A DNA stretch of 64,000 nucleotides from Caldisphaera sp. GTDB lineage: Archaea > Thermoproteota > Thermoprotei_A > Sulfolobales > Acidilobaceae. Made by a program: the position numbers and the translations under genes. The stretch covers positions 1 to 64,000 of the forward strand of contig JBMFKU010000007.1 in the NCBI GenBank assembly GCA_049971805.1. Reading direction: 5' to 3'. Numbering within the stretch: the first letter of the stretch is position 1; every line of letters begins with the position of its first letter. The notes under the pieces were generated by a model. It saw nothing but the letters and a program-made list of their open reading frames with translations, was not told the DNA's origin and searched no databases. Shown piece after piece: positions 50,559 to 61,346 of this stretch.

Positions 50559-51889
50559 TCCTTTATTCCTCCATTTATTTTAAATCCGTTTATATCAAAA
50601 ATTTCTTCTATTCTGCAATCCTTTGTATTTTTTGGTAATAAATTGTTCTCTTTAATTATTAAATATTTAATAAGCTCTTTAATGTTAATGAATTTCCTAT
50701 TCCTACCTCCTAATAACTTATCATTATCAATCAATACTATTCCCTGCTCATCTATCCTCTTATTTATAAAACCAATAATATTATTTATATCATCTTCTAT
50801 TAAAGGACCTCTTAATAGCTCAAATTGAGAAATTATATTATTTTCTAGCAATAACCCAATATAAGCATCTTTATATTCATCCGTATATATAGCTGTTTTT
50901 AGAACATTAAATCCATATCTTTTTGAATTTATTTTAATGTTTTCCGAAAACCTTTTCAGTTTTCCCCAGATTTCTTCCGGGGGGACTTCACCATAATTGC
51001 CATAGCAGTTTATTAATAACGATGGTGCATTAATTTTTGTTGGCTTATTATAGGAAAATACATGGAAAAAGACTTTACTTGGGTTCCTTAAAAAAAGCTT
51101 AGATGCTAAAATAAATGTATTGAGACTTTTATTGCTTACAGCCGCAGCAGCGTTTCTTTTTGGATCAACCGGGTCAACAACGATAATATTTGATGTAGAA
51201 TATTTGTCTTTAAGATATTGAAAGTCTCCATTACCTTCTATATCAATAAAAACTTGATTTTTCCAATTAGATGCGTTTATTATAGCATTTAAAAAATTCC
51301 CATAATACAAAACAAGCAATTCTGATAAGTAACCTGAAAACCCTTCTATATGAGTTTCTGCACCATATATGCCAATTCCCTTTAAAAAGGATTTTAACAA
51401 TCTTATCTCATCTTTTTTACTTCCATCAGCCTTTCGATTCACGTATCTGGTATGAAAGGGAGTTCTTTCAACACCCATTCCATTTTCTCTAGGTTTTTCA
51501 ACATAAATTGTTGGTACAATATCTGCCTCTAGCCCCATTAATAATAGGGTAATATATGGGTGCTGACTATATTTAATCATTATTGGATAGTCTTTAAAGC
51601 AACCTACTAAAAAATCTTTGGCATTTGAGTTAATCCAACTATCATTGACATTTTTTATCAATATAAACATATCTAGTTCCCATTTATCATTCAATAATGT
51701 CCCCTTTGCGAAGCTTCCTTCCTCTTCAACTATGGCATCTAAATTATATGATCTCAAACAGCTGTTTAGTTTATTTTTTATCATATTGGATAAATTTTCA
51801 AGTATCTTTAGCTGTAGACTACTCGGTTTAATTTTTTCTAATACTTCTTTCCTTATTTTATTAATTTCATCATATTTATCATACATCAT
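50507..51889 (-). CDS. cca: Class I CCA-adding enzyme
   Basis: GSFAKGT...ELDMF, YSQHPY, ADIVP, VERTPFHT, GFSGYLSELL, DPVDPKRNAAAA. Confidence 0.96.
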   Translation of the reverse strand: MMYDKYDEINKIRKEVLEKIKPSSLQLKILENLSNMIKNKLNSCLRSYNLDAIVEEEGSFAKGTLLNDKWELDMFILIKNVNDSWINSNAKDFLVGCFKDYPIMIKYSQHPYITLLLMGLEADIVPTIYVEKPRENGMGVERTPFHTRYVNRKADGSKKDEIRLLKSFLKGIGIYGAETHIEGFSGYLSELLVLYYGNFLNAIINASNWKNQVFIDIEGNGDFQYLKDKYSTSNIIVVDPVDPKRNAAAAVSNKSLNTFILASKLFLRNPSKVFFHVFSYNKPTKINAPSLLINCYGNYGEVPPEEIWGKLKRFSENIKINSKRYGFNVLKTAIYTDEYKDAYIGLLLENNIISQFELLRGPLIEDDINNIIGFINKRIDEQGIVLIDNDKLLGGRNRKFINIKELIKYLIIKENNLLPKNTKDCRIEEIFDINGFKINGGIKEWLINSLYSMPAWITNM

Positions 51890-52026
51890 AATTCACTTCA
51901 ATTTCTTTACCGCCTAAGTTCCTAAAAATAATAAAGCCATTTAAACTAATAAGCTATGTTATATTTATCTCCAACTTTCTAATAATGAGAACCAAAATTT
52001 TAAATGCGACTATTTATCAATATTTT

Positions 52027-52581
52027 TTAAATCAGTTTAACTTCTGCTATATCCTCGTAAATTGGTCCTTGCCTAGTTAAGGTACTTTTTTTAAGCTTAA
52101 TAGAATTGATATTCTGTAATCCTATTTCATAGTTAAGATAATTTTGCAAAAATTCTTTTAGCTCCCCAGTAGGATAGGATTTAACTCTTGCAATAGTTAA
52201 ATGAGGAGTAAAGTCTTCTTTTTCTAATTTAAATCCACTTTTTATTAATAATTGGTCTATCATATTTTTAATTTGTTTTAAGTGCTCAAATCCTTGAGTA
52301 ATACCTATCCATACTACCCTAGCTTTATTAATTGATGGAAATGCCCCTAATCCTTCTAATTTTATGATAAAACTATTATATTTGATTTGACCAAGAATGC
52401 TATCTTTAATTATATTAACATAAGAATCGTCTATCTCTCCTAAAAATCTCAAAGTTATGTGAAGATTTTCGGTTTCTACTAACTTTAACTTCACTTTAAA
52501 ATTCTCTAATTGCTCTTTGAATACTTCAATTTTTGACAATATTTCCTCATTATTAATATCAACTGCTATAAACGATCTCAT
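52027..52581 (-). CDS. thpR: RNA 2',3'-cyclic phosphodiesterase (LigT/ThpR)
   Basis: Two HxT motifs (HITLRFLG, PHLTIAR), STLTRQGPIY. Confidence 0.95.
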   Translation of the reverse strand: MRSFIAVDINNEEILSKIEVFKEQLENFKVKLKLVETENLHITLRFLGEIDDSYVNIIKDSILGQIKYNSFIIKLEGLGAFPSINKARVVWIGITQGFEHLKQIKNMIDQLLIKSGFKLEKEDFTPHLTIARVKSYPTGELKEFLQNYLNYEIGLQNINSIKLKKSTLTRQGPIYEDIAEVKLI

Positions 52582-52747
52582 AGCCAGCCCCAGATATATA
52601 TAGTTGATTCTTTATTTAACTGTGTATTATCCTTTTCTTTATGGTGATTTTCTTCTTTCTTTAACAATTCTGTTTGCTTAATTTATAGAATTATAGAAAG
52701 TGGCCTTTATAAGGCCTAATAAAATCTTAATATTGTGGTGAGAAGAG

Positions 52748-53113
52748 TTGAGCAACGATATGGATAATTATGATGATTATGATGATGAGTTAGAATCCAT
52801 AAAACAAAGAAGGCTAGAAGAAATCAGGAGAAGGCTAGAAGAACAAGAAAGAAGAAAGAAAATCGAGGAAGAACAAGAAGCACAAAAGCTAAGTGTGTTA
52901 AGATCTATAATGGAACCACCAGCCTTGGATAGGTTAAATAACTTAAGATTGGTTAAGCCCGATTTAGCTAAAATTGCAGAAGATACTATAATAAGATTGG
53001 TTCAAATGGGACGTCTAAATACACCTGTAACAGAGGAGGTAGTGAAAAGTATTTTAATAGAATTAGATAACAGATCTAGAAAGGAGTACGAGATAAAGTT
53101 TAAGTGGAAATGA
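52748..53113 (+). CDS. PDCD5/TFAR19-like DNA-binding protein
   Basis: DELESIKQRRLEE...ALDRLNNLRLVKPDLA...EYEIKF; precedes L39e. Confidence 0.93.
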   Translation: MSNDMDNYDDYDDELESIKQRRLEEIRRRLEEQERRKKIEEEQEAQKLSVLRSIMEPPALDRLNNLRLVKPDLAKIAEDTIIRLVQMGRLNTPVTEEVVKSILIELDNRSRKEYEIKFKWK

Positions 53114-53125
53114 GGTTAGGTCAGA

Positions 53126-53281
53126 ATGTCTAGACATAAACATTTAGCCAGAAAGCTGAGATTAGCTAAGGCTGGTAAGAGCAATGAGTCGCTACCCGTA
53201 TGGGTAGTGGTTAAAACATTAAGAAAATATACATCTAACCCAAGAAGAAGAAATTGGAGAACATCTAAACTTAAAGCTTGA
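53126..53281 (+). CDS. rpl39e: 50S ribosomal protein L39e
   Basis: Manual translation MSRHKHLARKLRLAKAGKSNESLPVWVVVKTLRKYTSNPRRRNWRTSKLKA (51 aa; not in the ORF track). Confidence 0.97.
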   Translation: MSRHKHLARKLRLAKAGKSNESLPVWVVVKTLRKYTSNPRRRNWRTSKLKA

Positions 53282-53292
53282 GGTGAAATTTT

Positions 53293-53628
53293 ATGGATGT
53301 TGGTGAGGCATTTGTTTATGTTATACCATTAAAGAGATTATATTCTGGAAGAAAGAGCAATAGGGCAAAAAGAGCTGTTGATCTAGTTAGAAACTTCGTC
53401 TCGAAACATACGAAAATAGAGCCAGAAAATGTAGTTATAACTGATGATGTAAATTCTTATATATGGAGCAGAAGTATAGAAAAACCTCCTAGAAGAATTA
53501 AGGTACTTGTTGAAATAACTGAGCTTAAACCGGAAGAAGGAGAAGGCGTAAAAAGAGCTTTAGTTAGACTAGCAGGAGAAAGAATAAAAATTGGAAAATA
53601 TGAAATAAAACCTAGAGAAAACAAGTAG
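53293..53628 (+). CDS. rpl31e: 50S ribosomal protein L31e
   Basis: YVIPLKR...RAKRAV..VRNFVSKH...VNSYIWSRSIEKPPRRIKV. Confidence 0.96.
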   Translation: MDVGEAFVYVIPLKRLYSGRKSNRAKRAVDLVRNFVSKHTKIEPENVVITDDVNSYIWSRSIEKPPRRIKVLVEITELKPEEGEGVKRALVRLAGERIKIGKYEIKPRENK

Positions 53629-54312
53629 GTGGATTTTTTGCCATTTGAAATTAATAAAATGACTATGTTTGGAAATAGCAATATAGGAGTATATATTTAT
53701 GCTAATGATAAATTTACATTTGTTCCTCAGGGATTAGAAAAAAAAGAAATAGATGAAATTTCTCAAATTTTACAAACGGATATCATAGTAACTTCTCTTG
53801 CAAATACAAAACTAATAGGAGTTTTAATGGCTGGAAACAATAAAGGTATTATATTAACAAGAAGTATATATGATGAAGAGCTTAATAATATAAAAAAATC
53901 ACTCAAAGATTTCAATATATTAGTATTACCTAGTAGAAACAATGCTGTAGGTAACCTTATCATTGCAAATGATAAGGCAGCTCTTGTATATCCTTACTTT
54001 GAAGACGATATTGTAAAACAGATAGAAGATAATTTAGGGGTAGAAGCATTTAGGAGAAACATTGCAGGAATACCAACAGTTGGAGCAATAGTTGCTGTAA
54101 CTAACATAGGTGGATTGGTACATCCTGATGTTACTGATGAGGAAATAAAATTTTTGGAAGATACATTTAAAGTTCCATTCAAAACAGGCACAATTAATTT
54201 TGGTATATCTTTTGTTAGAACTGGTTTAGTTGTAAATTCTAAGGGAGCGATAGTAGGTGATGATACAACTGGACCAGAAATAGCAAGAATACAAATGGTC
54301 TTTGGAAGCTGA
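53629..54312 (+). CDS. eif6: Translation initiation factor 6 (aIF6)
   Basis: GNSNIGVY, VGNLIIAND, GGLVHP, GTINFG, TTGPEI. Confidence 0.97.
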   Translation: MDFLPFEINKMTMFGNSNIGVYIYANDKFTFVPQGLEKKEIDEISQILQTDIIVTSLANTKLIGVLMAGNNKGIILTRSIYDEELNNIKKSLKDFNILVLPSRNNAVGNLIIANDKAALVYPYFEDDIVKQIEDNLGVEAFRRNIAGIPTVGAIVAVTNIGGLVHPDVTDEEIKFLEDTFKVPFKTGTINFGISFVRTGLVVNSKGAIVGDDTTGPEIARIQMVFGS

Positions 54313-54324
54313 AAAAGGTAAAAT

Positions 54325-54774
54325 GTGATGTCTTTTGAAAATATTATCAGCAATTGTGAAAAATCTGAAGAAGAATGCATAAAATCTATTAATAACCTAG
54401 TAAAAAATTATTGTCCAAATCCTTCAGATTGCGCTATATATTTATATAAAACAGATCTGATAAAAAAATATGAATGGGTTGAAAGACTTATAAAATCCGG
54501 TGTTCCTGATGGGAGAGCTAGGTTAATTTTATATGTTATATCAAGGTACTTAATTAATATAAAAAAGCTTAACGATGAGGATGCTTTAAATCAAATATAT
54601 GAATTCATTAACAATAGCTGTAAAAATTATAGCAATTGTACGCAAATATATAAATCATGGTTAACCAATGTAATAAGGAAGGTTAAAGATGGAAAATGGA
54701 AACCATGGACACTAGAGAAGCTAATGAAATCCGACCCGGAATTATATAAAAATGTTAAGACTGCTATTGGCTAA
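54325..54774 (+). CDS. priX: DNA primase non-catalytic subunit PriX
   Basis: YEWVERLIKSGVPDGRARLILYVISRYLINIK...IYKSWL. Confidence 0.82.
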   Translation: MMSFENIISNCEKSEEECIKSINNLVKNYCPNPSDCAIYLYKTDLIKKYEWVERLIKSGVPDGRARLILYVISRYLINIKKLNDEDALNQIYEFINNSCKNYSNCTQIYKSWLTNVIRKVKDGKWKPWTLEKLMKSDPELYKNVKTAIG

Positions 54775-54815
54775 ATATGGTATCCCAATTTTTAAGCCTC
54801 TTTTATAAAACATAA

Positions 54816-55760
54816 ATGGGGTATATTGCTATGAGTACTGACCTTGGAATAAGGGTATTTTTAATCGAATATACTAAAGATGCTCCAAAGATTATTGCTT
54901 CAGCATCAAAAATGAGCACATCAAAAAAGAAGGTAGAAAATTTATTGAAAATAAGTGATGATGAAATAGATATCTGGATTAAAGAAACTTTTAGAAGAAA
55001 CCATTTTAGCCCATGGGAGCATAGTTCATATACATTTATGATAGAGGGCTGTTCAAGGGTTTGTTCCCATCAACTTGTTAGACATAGGATAGCAAGTTTT
55101 ACCCAACAAAGTATGAGATATACAGATGCTACGTTAAGAGAGATGGCTTTAAATGCTGCATCAAAGATTGGAAATAATTGTCCAGAAAAACCTAAAAAAG
55201 ATGATAAATCTGCTTATGTTTGCTATTATAACTCTCTATTGAGTTCGTTAGATAAGTTAAATATAGATGAACTGGTAAAAATAGCTAATATAGGCTATGT
55301 ATTTCCTCCTTTAATTAAGGCTGATAGACTAGAAACTTATACAAAGGCATTAATTAATGCAACCGCAAATTATTATAAATTGATTTCTACAGGGTTATCA
55401 AAAGAAGATTCTAGATTTATAATTCCTATGTCAGTAAGAACAAAAATTACAGTAACTATGAATGCAAGAGAACTGATTCAAACATTCTTCCCTTTGAGAG
55501 CATGTACAAAAGCTCAATGGGAAATTAGGAAGGTAGCTTGGTTAATATATAAAGAAGTCAATAAAGTTCATCCACAATTATTTAGATACGCTGGACCTAG
55601 CTGTGTTTATATAGAAAATATTCTAAGAGATGAGCCAGCTACAGTTGAAGACTATGTAAATGGCAAGTATGAATTTACGATAAATAGATGCCCAGAACTA
55701 GTAAAAAATAAAGGCATTAAGGCGTGTCTAGCAAATGCATATAACACATTAAATAAATAG
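54816..55760 (+). CDS. thyX: FAD-dependent thymidylate synthase
   Basis: HFSPWEH, SRVCSHQLVRHRIASFTQQSMRY, MNAREL, AQWEIR. Confidence 0.96.
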   Translation: MGYIAMSTDLGIRVFLIEYTKDAPKIIASASKMSTSKKKVENLLKISDDEIDIWIKETFRRNHFSPWEHSSYTFMIEGCSRVCSHQLVRHRIASFTQQSMRYTDATLREMALNAASKIGNNCPEKPKKDDKSAYVCYYNSLLSSLDKLNIDELVKIANIGYVFPPLIKADRLETYTKALINATANYYKLISTGLSKEDSRFIIPMSVRTKITVTMNARELIQTFFPLRACTKAQWEIRKVAWLIYKEVNKVHPQLFRYAGPSCVYIENILRDEPATVEDYVNGKYEFTINRCPELVKNKGIKACLANAYNTLNK

Positions 55761-55844
55761 TTTCAAATTTAAAAATTCGCAATTACTTAACGATTAAATT
55801 GTAATCTAAAAGGTTTTAAGGCAATTCTTAATAATATTATAATT

Positions 55845-55935
55845 AGCCGGGTCGTCTAGCGGCCAAGGATGCGGGGCTCTGGACTACATTATTGGGAGAA
55901 CCCCCGTGACCGGGGTTCGAATCCCCGCCCGGCTA
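55845..55935 (+). tRNA. tRNA-Gln(CUG) with an 18-nt intron at 37/38 (55883-55900); CCA not encoded
   Basis: AGCCGGGTCGTCTAGCGGCCAAGGATGCGGGGCTCTGG|ACTACATTATTGGGAGAA|CCCCCGTGACCGGGGTTCGAATCCCCGCCCGGCTA. Confidence 0.93.
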
Positions 55936-56023
55936 TCTAAACTCTATGGTATTAAAGGTAAGTTTTTTAACAAGGATTATTGTTTTTACGATAAATTTTA
56001 CTACAAAATCTTTACTAATATAG

Positions 56024-56665
56024 CTAAACCTTGTATCTATTAGAAATTACAAATGATGGATTTACAGTTAACCATTCAATAACATTATTTCTTTCTATAT
56101 ATAGACTTCCAAATAAGCTAATTATTTGCTTTGGATGCCATAATTCAAATATGTTATATGCATCACTAACCAATACAAGCCTAATTCCTAAATTTAACGC
56201 ATTTCTTAAAACACTCTTTAATCTTCTCCATAATATAATGTTATTCGAATTATACAATACTTCTTTGAGACTAATTTCAATCGCTCCGCTTCTTCTTATT
56301 CTAAATAAATTTCTTTGAGATCTATCTACTTTAATGTTGTTCATTAGTGGGATTCTTATTAGATCAACTCTTTCTATAGACCCTAACGCTCTTAGCATAT
56401 TAATATTTGTTGGTATAACTGTCAATACAGCCTTTTTTTCAACATTTTTGCTCAAACTAAATAGCTCTTCTTTATTGCTTGCTGTTAGTATAACCCTTTC
56501 CACAATATTTATTCCTAAATTATTAGAGAGTTTTAAAATGCCTTCAGACTTAATAAATTTACTTGGAAGCCCAATGATATTGTAACCTATCTTGTTTAAG
56601 AATTTTATCATTTTTATTGCTTCTTCTTCATTGTAAGGCTCTATTAATAAGTCTGCAAATTTCAA
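56024..56665 (-). CDS. rnp3: RNase P subunit Rpp30
   Basis: PHP-barrel-like, LVLVSDAYNIFELWHP...WLTVNP; context next to L15e and DUF54. Confidence 0.8.
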   Translation of the reverse strand: MKFADLLIEPYNEEEAIKMIKFLNKIGYNIIGLPSKFIKSEGILKLSNNLGINIVERVILTASNKEELFSLSKNVEKKAVLTVIPTNINMLRALGSIERVDLIRIPLMNNIKVDRSQRNLFRIRRSGAIEISLKEVLYNSNNIILWRRLKSVLRNALNLGIRLVLVSDAYNIFELWHPKQIISLFGSLYIERNNVIEWLTVNPSFVISNRYKV

Positions 56666-57096
56666 TTTTTATAACCTACTTGATGACTCTTTTCTATCAT
56701 CTTTTTTATCTTCTCAATAGACTGTTTATCAGCAAACTTAAAAATTAATTTTATAACATCATCTTCATCGCTTAAGGTTAATCTATTTAAATATGCCTTT
56801 TGCTTGTTCAATCTGATATGAAATGAATTTCCTTTCCCTATCCTTTCATCAAAAGATTTCAGTATCTCATCTTTATCTGGCATAGAAATATTATTGATGA
56901 TATTAAATAAAATATTTTCAGCTTTTTCGTCATTTATTAAAGCCGATATAATTTTTATCTTATTTCCATAATAGCCCTCATAAGTTTCCTCTATTATATT
57001 TACATCTCCCAATACATTTCTCAACGCGCTCTTTACTTTTTCTTCGTCTTCTGTTGCATGAATAAAAACTCTAGCTTCGACAGATTTGATTAACAA
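56662..57096 (-). CDS. DUF54-type RNA-binding protein (exosome superoperon)
   Basis: FIHATEDEEKV...EGYYGNKI...IRLNKQKAY. Confidence 0.88.
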   Translation of the reverse strand: MLIKSVEARVFIHATEDEEKVKSALRNVLGDVNIIEETYEGYYGNKIKIISALINDEKAENILFNIINNISMPDKDEILKSFDERIGKGNSFHIRLNKQKAYLNRLTLSDEDDVIKLIFKFADKQSIEKIKKMIEKSHQVGYKN

Positions 57097-57132
57097 AACA
57101 TTGCACCTTTTTTTATAAAAATTGATATTTGT

Positions 57133-57783
57133 TTAATTCTTTCTTGTACTAAAATATCTAACATGCCTGTTTGCTTCATGCCTCTTTTTAAGGGCTCTCT
57201 CTTTTTCTTTTTTCTTCCATTTATGATTATGAGTTTCTTTTAATCCTCTTAAATCAATTAATCCACGCACCTTTTTACCTGACATAGTTAGACCTCTTGA
57301 GGGCCTACCTAATGCACTAGGACTATTAATAGTCCATTTGAATTTTGGATCATTTTGTATTACTGGGTTATCTCTATCTACCATTATTACTTCAAACCAT
57401 TTATGCGTACCATCTTCTCCAACATAATAGCTTCCTAATAAAACAAGATTCGGATATTTTCTTTGAGCTCTCTCTTCTGCTATTAGTTTTAAACTTTTCC
57501 CTGGAGTATAAGCTGTTACTCCCATTCTTTTAGGTCTTCTACCCGAGACTGGTCTAATTTTTCTAGACCCTCCTTTCCTTACTTTAACCCTTAATACTAT
57601 TACTCCTTGCTTTGCTTTATACCCTAATTTTCTTGCTCTATCAATCCTTGTTGGTTTCTCTACTCTAACAATAGTTTGTTCCTTCCTCCATTCTAAAAGC
57701 TTTTTTTTCATTAATTGATTATGCTGCTCGCTATATGGTTTCTTCCAAGCCATAGCCATGTAATGGTACATTGAGTTTGACAT
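57133..57783 (-). CDS. rpl15e: 50S ribosomal protein L15e
   Basis: PTRIDRARKLGYKAKQG, GRRPKRMG, AEERAQRKYPNL..LGSYYVGEDG..KWFEV. Confidence 0.98.
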   Translation of the reverse strand: MSNSMYHYMAMAWKKPYSEQHNQLMKKKLLEWRKEQTIVRVEKPTRIDRARKLGYKAKQGVIVLRVKVRKGGSRKIRPVSGRRPKRMGVTAYTPGKSLKLIAEERAQRKYPNLVLLGSYYVGEDGTHKWFEVIMVDRDNPVIQNDPKFKWTINSPSALGRPSRGLTMSGKKVRGLIDLRGLKETHNHKWKKKEKERALKKRHEANRHVRYFSTRKN

Positions 57784-57970
57784 TTTACCCAGACCTCAAC
57801 TTTAACTAACGGACACTTCTCCTTATTTATATTATACAAAGGATTTTTAAATCCATTTCTAGTATTAGTTAAAATTAAACTAATTTCTTTGAAATATAGC
57901 ATAATTATAAAAATAGCCAATTAATTTAAAATACATTATTAATTTTACGTTAAGATTAAGCTTTTTATTA

Positions 57971-58270
57971 TTAACCATCAACAAATTTATCAATTATATC
58001 AAGCCACCATTTTATTTCATCCTTTGGTAACTCTCTAGAATAATTTTCTCCTTCAATAGATGCAGAAACTATATCCAATTCATCATTTTTTACCTTTTTT
58101 AAAATAATGTGCATAACTCTTCCCTGTTCCTTATTTTCATCAGACTCTGAAGCTTCTTGGACTGAAGGCGTGTTAAAGAATATTTCAAGTATATTATTCT
58201 TTACATCTTCGATATAACTATAAGAAGGATTGCCTGAAATGAATCTTATTAGCTTTTGATACGATATCAT
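57971..58270 (-). CDS. Hypothetical protein
   Basis: 99-aa ORF with plausible composition; no motif recognised. Confidence 0.6.
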   Translation of the reverse strand: MISYQKLIRFISGNPSYSYIEDVKNNILEIFFNTPSVQEASESDENKEQGRVMHIILKKVKNDELDIVSASIEGENYSRELPKDEIKWWLDIIDKFVDG

Positions 58271-58611
58271 TTTCTCACATTTTAATTTACATTTGCACTA
58301 AAAGTTAAATTTATTACCAATAGTTGATTACACATAACCATAGACTTTAAATTTTTATATCGAAAATATAAAATGAAAGGAGGAAAAATATACATTGAAA
58401 TTAAAGTTGTAAAAATATCTTGAAATATTATTTAATTAGAATAAACAATGCTTAAATGAAATACTAAAATACATAGGATTTGTGAGTATCATTAACAATT
58501 GCTTAATATGAGATTCTGATTTCTTGCTCTATTAATCAAGGAATTACTACAAACCCAACTATTAATTGTGTGTAACTCATGATAGGAACTCTTAAACCAT
58601 AATTCAAGGTG

Positions 58612-58854
58612 CTACAATAAAGATGAATATGAAGCATATATTATGTGAAAATAAGAGTTAGATATAGCCCTTAGCTTTGAAATATCATTTGATCTAATTG
58701 TTAAAATTAAACAATTGTTCTCTATTCTTACTAAAACCTCTCCTTTCTTAGGTGAAGGTTGATTAACTTCGGCTAAAAGAGATCTATATATAGCGTCTGT
58801 GTTCTTATCCAAACAAAGTTTAATTTCTTCATCCATAAGATTCACCATATACAA
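58612..58854 (-). CDS. pcc1: KEOPS complex subunit Pcc1
   Basis: AIYRSLLAE...LILTIRSNDISKLRAISNSY; position after Brix/Imp4. Confidence 0.85.
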   Translation of the reverse strand: MYMVNLMDEEIKLCLDKNTDAIYRSLLAEVNQPSPKKGEVLVRIENNCLILTIRSNDISKLRAISNSYFHIIYASYSSLL

Positions 58855-58875
58855 TAATTCGCTTCTAATTTTAAT

Positions 58876-59484
58876 TTATGGTTTTTTAAAGGTATCTAAC
58901 GGTATCTTAATTATAGGTCCAATTAATTTTAAATCACTGTCGTAAACTGTTAGCACTAATTTATTAAATTCGATTGATGGCTTTAATATAGAAAAATCTC
59001 TAGGAATATATCTGTGATAAATTATGGTAATCCTAAAAATGTTAGAAATTATATCAAGAATGCCTCTAATATTATCTTCTTTATTCGAATAAATAGCTGA
59101 GCCAATTACTTTTTTATTAAAATGCAAACCTAATTCCTTTCTTAAAGATAAACCTTTTATTAACACTTCTGATACTAATTCAGGTTTTTTACTATTATAA
59201 CTTGAAGAAAATATAATAAATCTTCCCGGATTACCTCTATAATCTGATACCAAGATTATTTCCTTTATTTTATATTCTAACGATAAAGAATTCAAATCCT
59301 CTAATGATAAATGACCTCTTGTTACCTTTAAAGTATTAGGCAATACAGAATTTAATTCTTTAATAAACGTTCTAGTCCTTTGACTAGGTCTTCTACCTGT
59401 CGTTAAAATAATTTCTGGTTTTGGATTTAAGCCATAAAAAGATTTTTCTATTCTAGAAGGAATATTATCCAAAATCCATCCCAA
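58876..59484 (-). CDS. Brix/Imp4 ribosome biogenesis protein
   Basis: ILTTGRRPSQRTRTFIKEL...RG..S...RGNPG...IGPIIK. Confidence 0.88.
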   Translation of the reverse strand: MGWILDNIPSRIEKSFYGLNPKPEIILTTGRRPSQRTRTFIKELNSVLPNTLKVTRGHLSLEDLNSLSLEYKIKEIILVSDYRGNPGRFIIFSSSYNSKKPELVSEVLIKGLSLRKELGLHFNKKVIGSAIYSNKEDNIRGILDIISNIFRITIIYHRYIPRDFSILKPSIEFNKLVLTVYDSDLKLIGPIIKIPLDTFKKP

Positions 59485-59487
59485 TGT

Positions 59488-59751
59488 TTATAATTTATAA
59501 TATTTAGGCAAATAATTGGCTAATTCTGATCTTGGAGTATATGATGCACCAGCCCAAGTATGAGCACATTTTTTACATGTCCATATACCAATAGATACTC
59601 TTTTAACTGTACCTACAGAACCGCAGAAAGGGCATTGATGATCTGAATACATCTTTTCTAATACAGCCTTAGTTCTTTTCCTTAATGTTGATCCATATCT
59701 AGGTCCATATCTACCTGCTGGCCCAACTATCTTTGTATGACTATATACCAT
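59488..59751 (-). CDS. rpl37ae: 50S ribosomal protein L37Ae (eL43)
   Basis: GRYGPRYGSTLRK, CPFC, GIWTCKKC...GASYTP. Confidence 0.97.
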   Translation of the reverse strand: MVYSHTKIVGPAGRYGPRYGSTLRKRTKAVLEKMYSDHQCPFCGSVGTVKRVSIGIWTCKKCAHTWAGASYTPRSELANYLPKYYKL

Positions 59752-60618
59752 TTATTTACCACCTTCTTCATTGCTTCTAGGCTTTACTTCCTTGTTTAAT
59801 GTATCTTCTAGCAATTTAAAATATACTTGAGAGGCCTTTCTTGAAATTTCGATTGTATTGTTAATTTCTTCCAAAGAATAAGAACCCATTCCTGCTTTTT
59901 GCGCTCCAACAATATTTCCGTTTTCATCAAATGATAAAACTGACTTAGTATCAGATATGATTTCCTCATCCAAATTAGGGTCAACAACTATGTAATTTTC
60001 TATTTTAGCTGTAGTTACAGTAACAATTTTTTTATTCATCTTTATGTAATTATTAGAGAGTCCTTCCTTTATTTTAACTTCTCCTGTTTCTAATTCTTCA
60101 TATTCTGGTAACCTGGTTGTGAACAAAGCTGCCATGGTTGCCAACATGCTAGCATCAAATAAATTGCCATCATAATCCAATATATATAGATCCACCCACA
60201 AAATCCAAACCTTATCTCCTTGTCTTATGACTAATGACTTTAAATCTATAGCCTTAGGATCTCTTAGACTCCTGTCTATAACCCTTGCTAATTCTATTGA
60301 ATTTTCATCGGGAGGTCCTGGCTCAAATTGTGGAGAAGCCAAAGGAACTAATTCTGCATGTACTTGGAGAACCCCTTCATCTGGTGTATCACTAAATGGC
60401 TGACCTACTTCTAACTTTATCCCCACCATTACAAGTGTATTTCCAAGTTTAACTAATGCAGATCCATTTGTTTTTTCCAAAACATTAGTTTCTATAGTAA
60501 TTTTCCTTGGAGTAAATAGATCTCTTTCGTCGGATCTTAAACCTTTTTTATACAAATTTATATAATTATCTCTCTTAATCTTTGGAATTACTTGCACTCT
60601 ATATGGTGTAGTACTCAC
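59752..60618 (-). CDS. rrp42: Exosome subunit Rrp42
   Basis: [47 protein letters not shown]. Confidence 0.97.
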   Translation of the reverse strand: MSTTPYRVQVIPKIKRDNYINLYKKGLRSDERDLFTPRKITIETNVLEKTNGSALVKLGNTLVMVGIKLEVGQPFSDTPDEGVLQVHAELVPLASPQFEPGPPDENSIELARVIDRSLRDPKAIDLKSLVIRQGDKVWILWVDLYILDYDGNLFDASMLATMAALFTTRLPEYEELETGEVKIKEGLSNNYIKMNKKIVTVTTAKIENYIVVDPNLDEEIISDTKSVLSFDENGNIVGAQKAGMGSYSLEEINNTIEISRKASQVYFKLLEDTLNKEVKPRSNEEGGK

Positions 60619-61346
60619 TCTTCACCCACCTCCGCATATGAACTTCTCAAAGTTTCCTTTTCCAGCTCAACAATTTTAGTTATTGCCTTTAAAGCCATAT
60701 CAAATGCATTTCTAAATTCCTCTTTCGATAAAACACCATTTAATTGATATAAGGTAATTTGATTTAAATCCGGTGCCGCAACAATTGGCATATCAGCTTC
60801 ACCATACATATCCTCTATCTCATTTAAATCTATAACTAAGATATTATCTACCTTACCTATAGCAACTCCTGCTATAAGCCCTCTAATTGGTATACCAGCA
60901 TCAGCTAGTGCCAAAGATGCTGCAGTTGCACCAACAGTTCTAGTCCCTCCATCAGATTGAAGTACCTCTATAAACACATCAATTATTGTGCGTGGAAAAT
61001 ACTCTGTCATAACTATTGGTTCCAAAGATTCTCTTAAGACCTTTGATAATTCTATTTCTCTCCTTGATGGTGCAGGATTTTTTCTTTCTTCCGTTGAGAA
61101 TGGAGCCATATGATACCTAACTCTCAGAGAAGCCCTATCGGGTAACGAAAGGGATTTCTGGGATTCCTTTGGACCATAAACTGCTGCCACAACTTTTGTC
61201 AATCCATATTCAACTAAAGCAGACCCATCGGCATTAGCAAGAATTCCCACTTGCATCTTTATAGGTCTTATTTCATCTGGCATTCTTCCATCTAGCCTTT
61301 TACCCGAATCATCTATGAATCTTTGAGGTCTTAGCATATTTTTCAC
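60615..61346 (-). CDS. rrp41: Exosome exonuclease Rrp41
   Basis: [37 protein letters not shown]. Confidence 0.98.
   Translation of the reverse strand: MKNMLRPQRFIDDSGKRLDGRMPDEIRPIKMQVGILANADGSALVEYGLTKVVAAVYGPKESQKSLSLPDRASLRVRYHMAPFSTEERKNPAPSRREIELSKVLRESLEPIVMTEYFPRTIIDVFIEVLQSDGGTRTVGATAASLALADAGIPIRGLIAGVAIGKVDNILVIDLNEIEDMYGEADMPIVAAPDLNQITLYQLNGVLSKEEFRNAFDMALKAITKIVELEKETLRSSYAEVGEE

Noticed and set aside
52585-52680. Purine-rich minus-strand stretch upstream of thpR considered as a cdvC remnant or N-terminal extension
   Set aside because: Out of frame with thpR and no recognisable homology
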